From positions 153,228-217,227 of the forward strand of contig CAJWLU010000004.1 of the NCBI GenBank assembly GCA_913043225.1: a DNA stretch of 64,000 bases. Reading direction: 5' to 3'. This DNA is from an uncultured Acidobacteriota bacterium (GTDB lineage Bacteria > Acidobacteriota > Vicinamibacteria > Vicinamibacterales > UBA8438). The notes under the pieces are model-generated. The model was not told where the DNA came from and made no database searches. It saw only the letters and a list, made by a program, of their open reading frames with translations. Numbering within the stretch: position 1 is the first letter of the stretch; every line of letters starts with the position of its first letter. The position numbers were made by a program, and so were the translations under genes. Of the stretch, positions 64,000 to 64,000 are shown in pieces.

Positions 64000-64000
64000 T

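Overview
GC-rich bacterial chromosome segment that is almost entirely housekeeping. Gene content and protein style suggest Acidobacteriota, probably Vicinamibacteria (inference; no database search was run). In order: tsf-pyrH-frr; two threonine synthase paralogs around tRNA-Ala(CGC); a ruined ilvA; a zinc ribbon/rhodanese/LolA/TPR-secretin unit; a tightly coupled cell-wall operon nagZ-ldcA-mpl-pxpB-pxpC-murB-murA with a divergent GHMP kinase; rodZ and thiE; ffh-rpsP-khpA-rimM-trmD-rplS-rnhB; pgpA-cinA-(thpR pseudogene)-plsY-gpsA-ftsY-ribD-ribE-ribBA; a formiminotransferase, nrdR and purC; CIRCE-controlled groES-groEL; tonB, selB, rnr, glycerate kinase, an ftsE relic, gatB and pckA; a SpoIID lipoprotein; an ECF sigma/anti-sigma/ispH/Spy-like/TolC-MacAB run; folK and partial dksA. 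I saw no CRISPR array, integrase, transposase or rRNA. The best candidate for an undescribed system is the peptidoglycan-recycling locus: PxpBC is embedded without PxpA, a GHMP kinase shares overlapping -10 boxes with the operon, and MurA has Asp in place of the catalytic Cys. Also notable are several independently decaying genes (ilvA, thpR, ftsE and an unknown ORF), a trmD that apparently starts at CTG, and several candidate structured RNAs.
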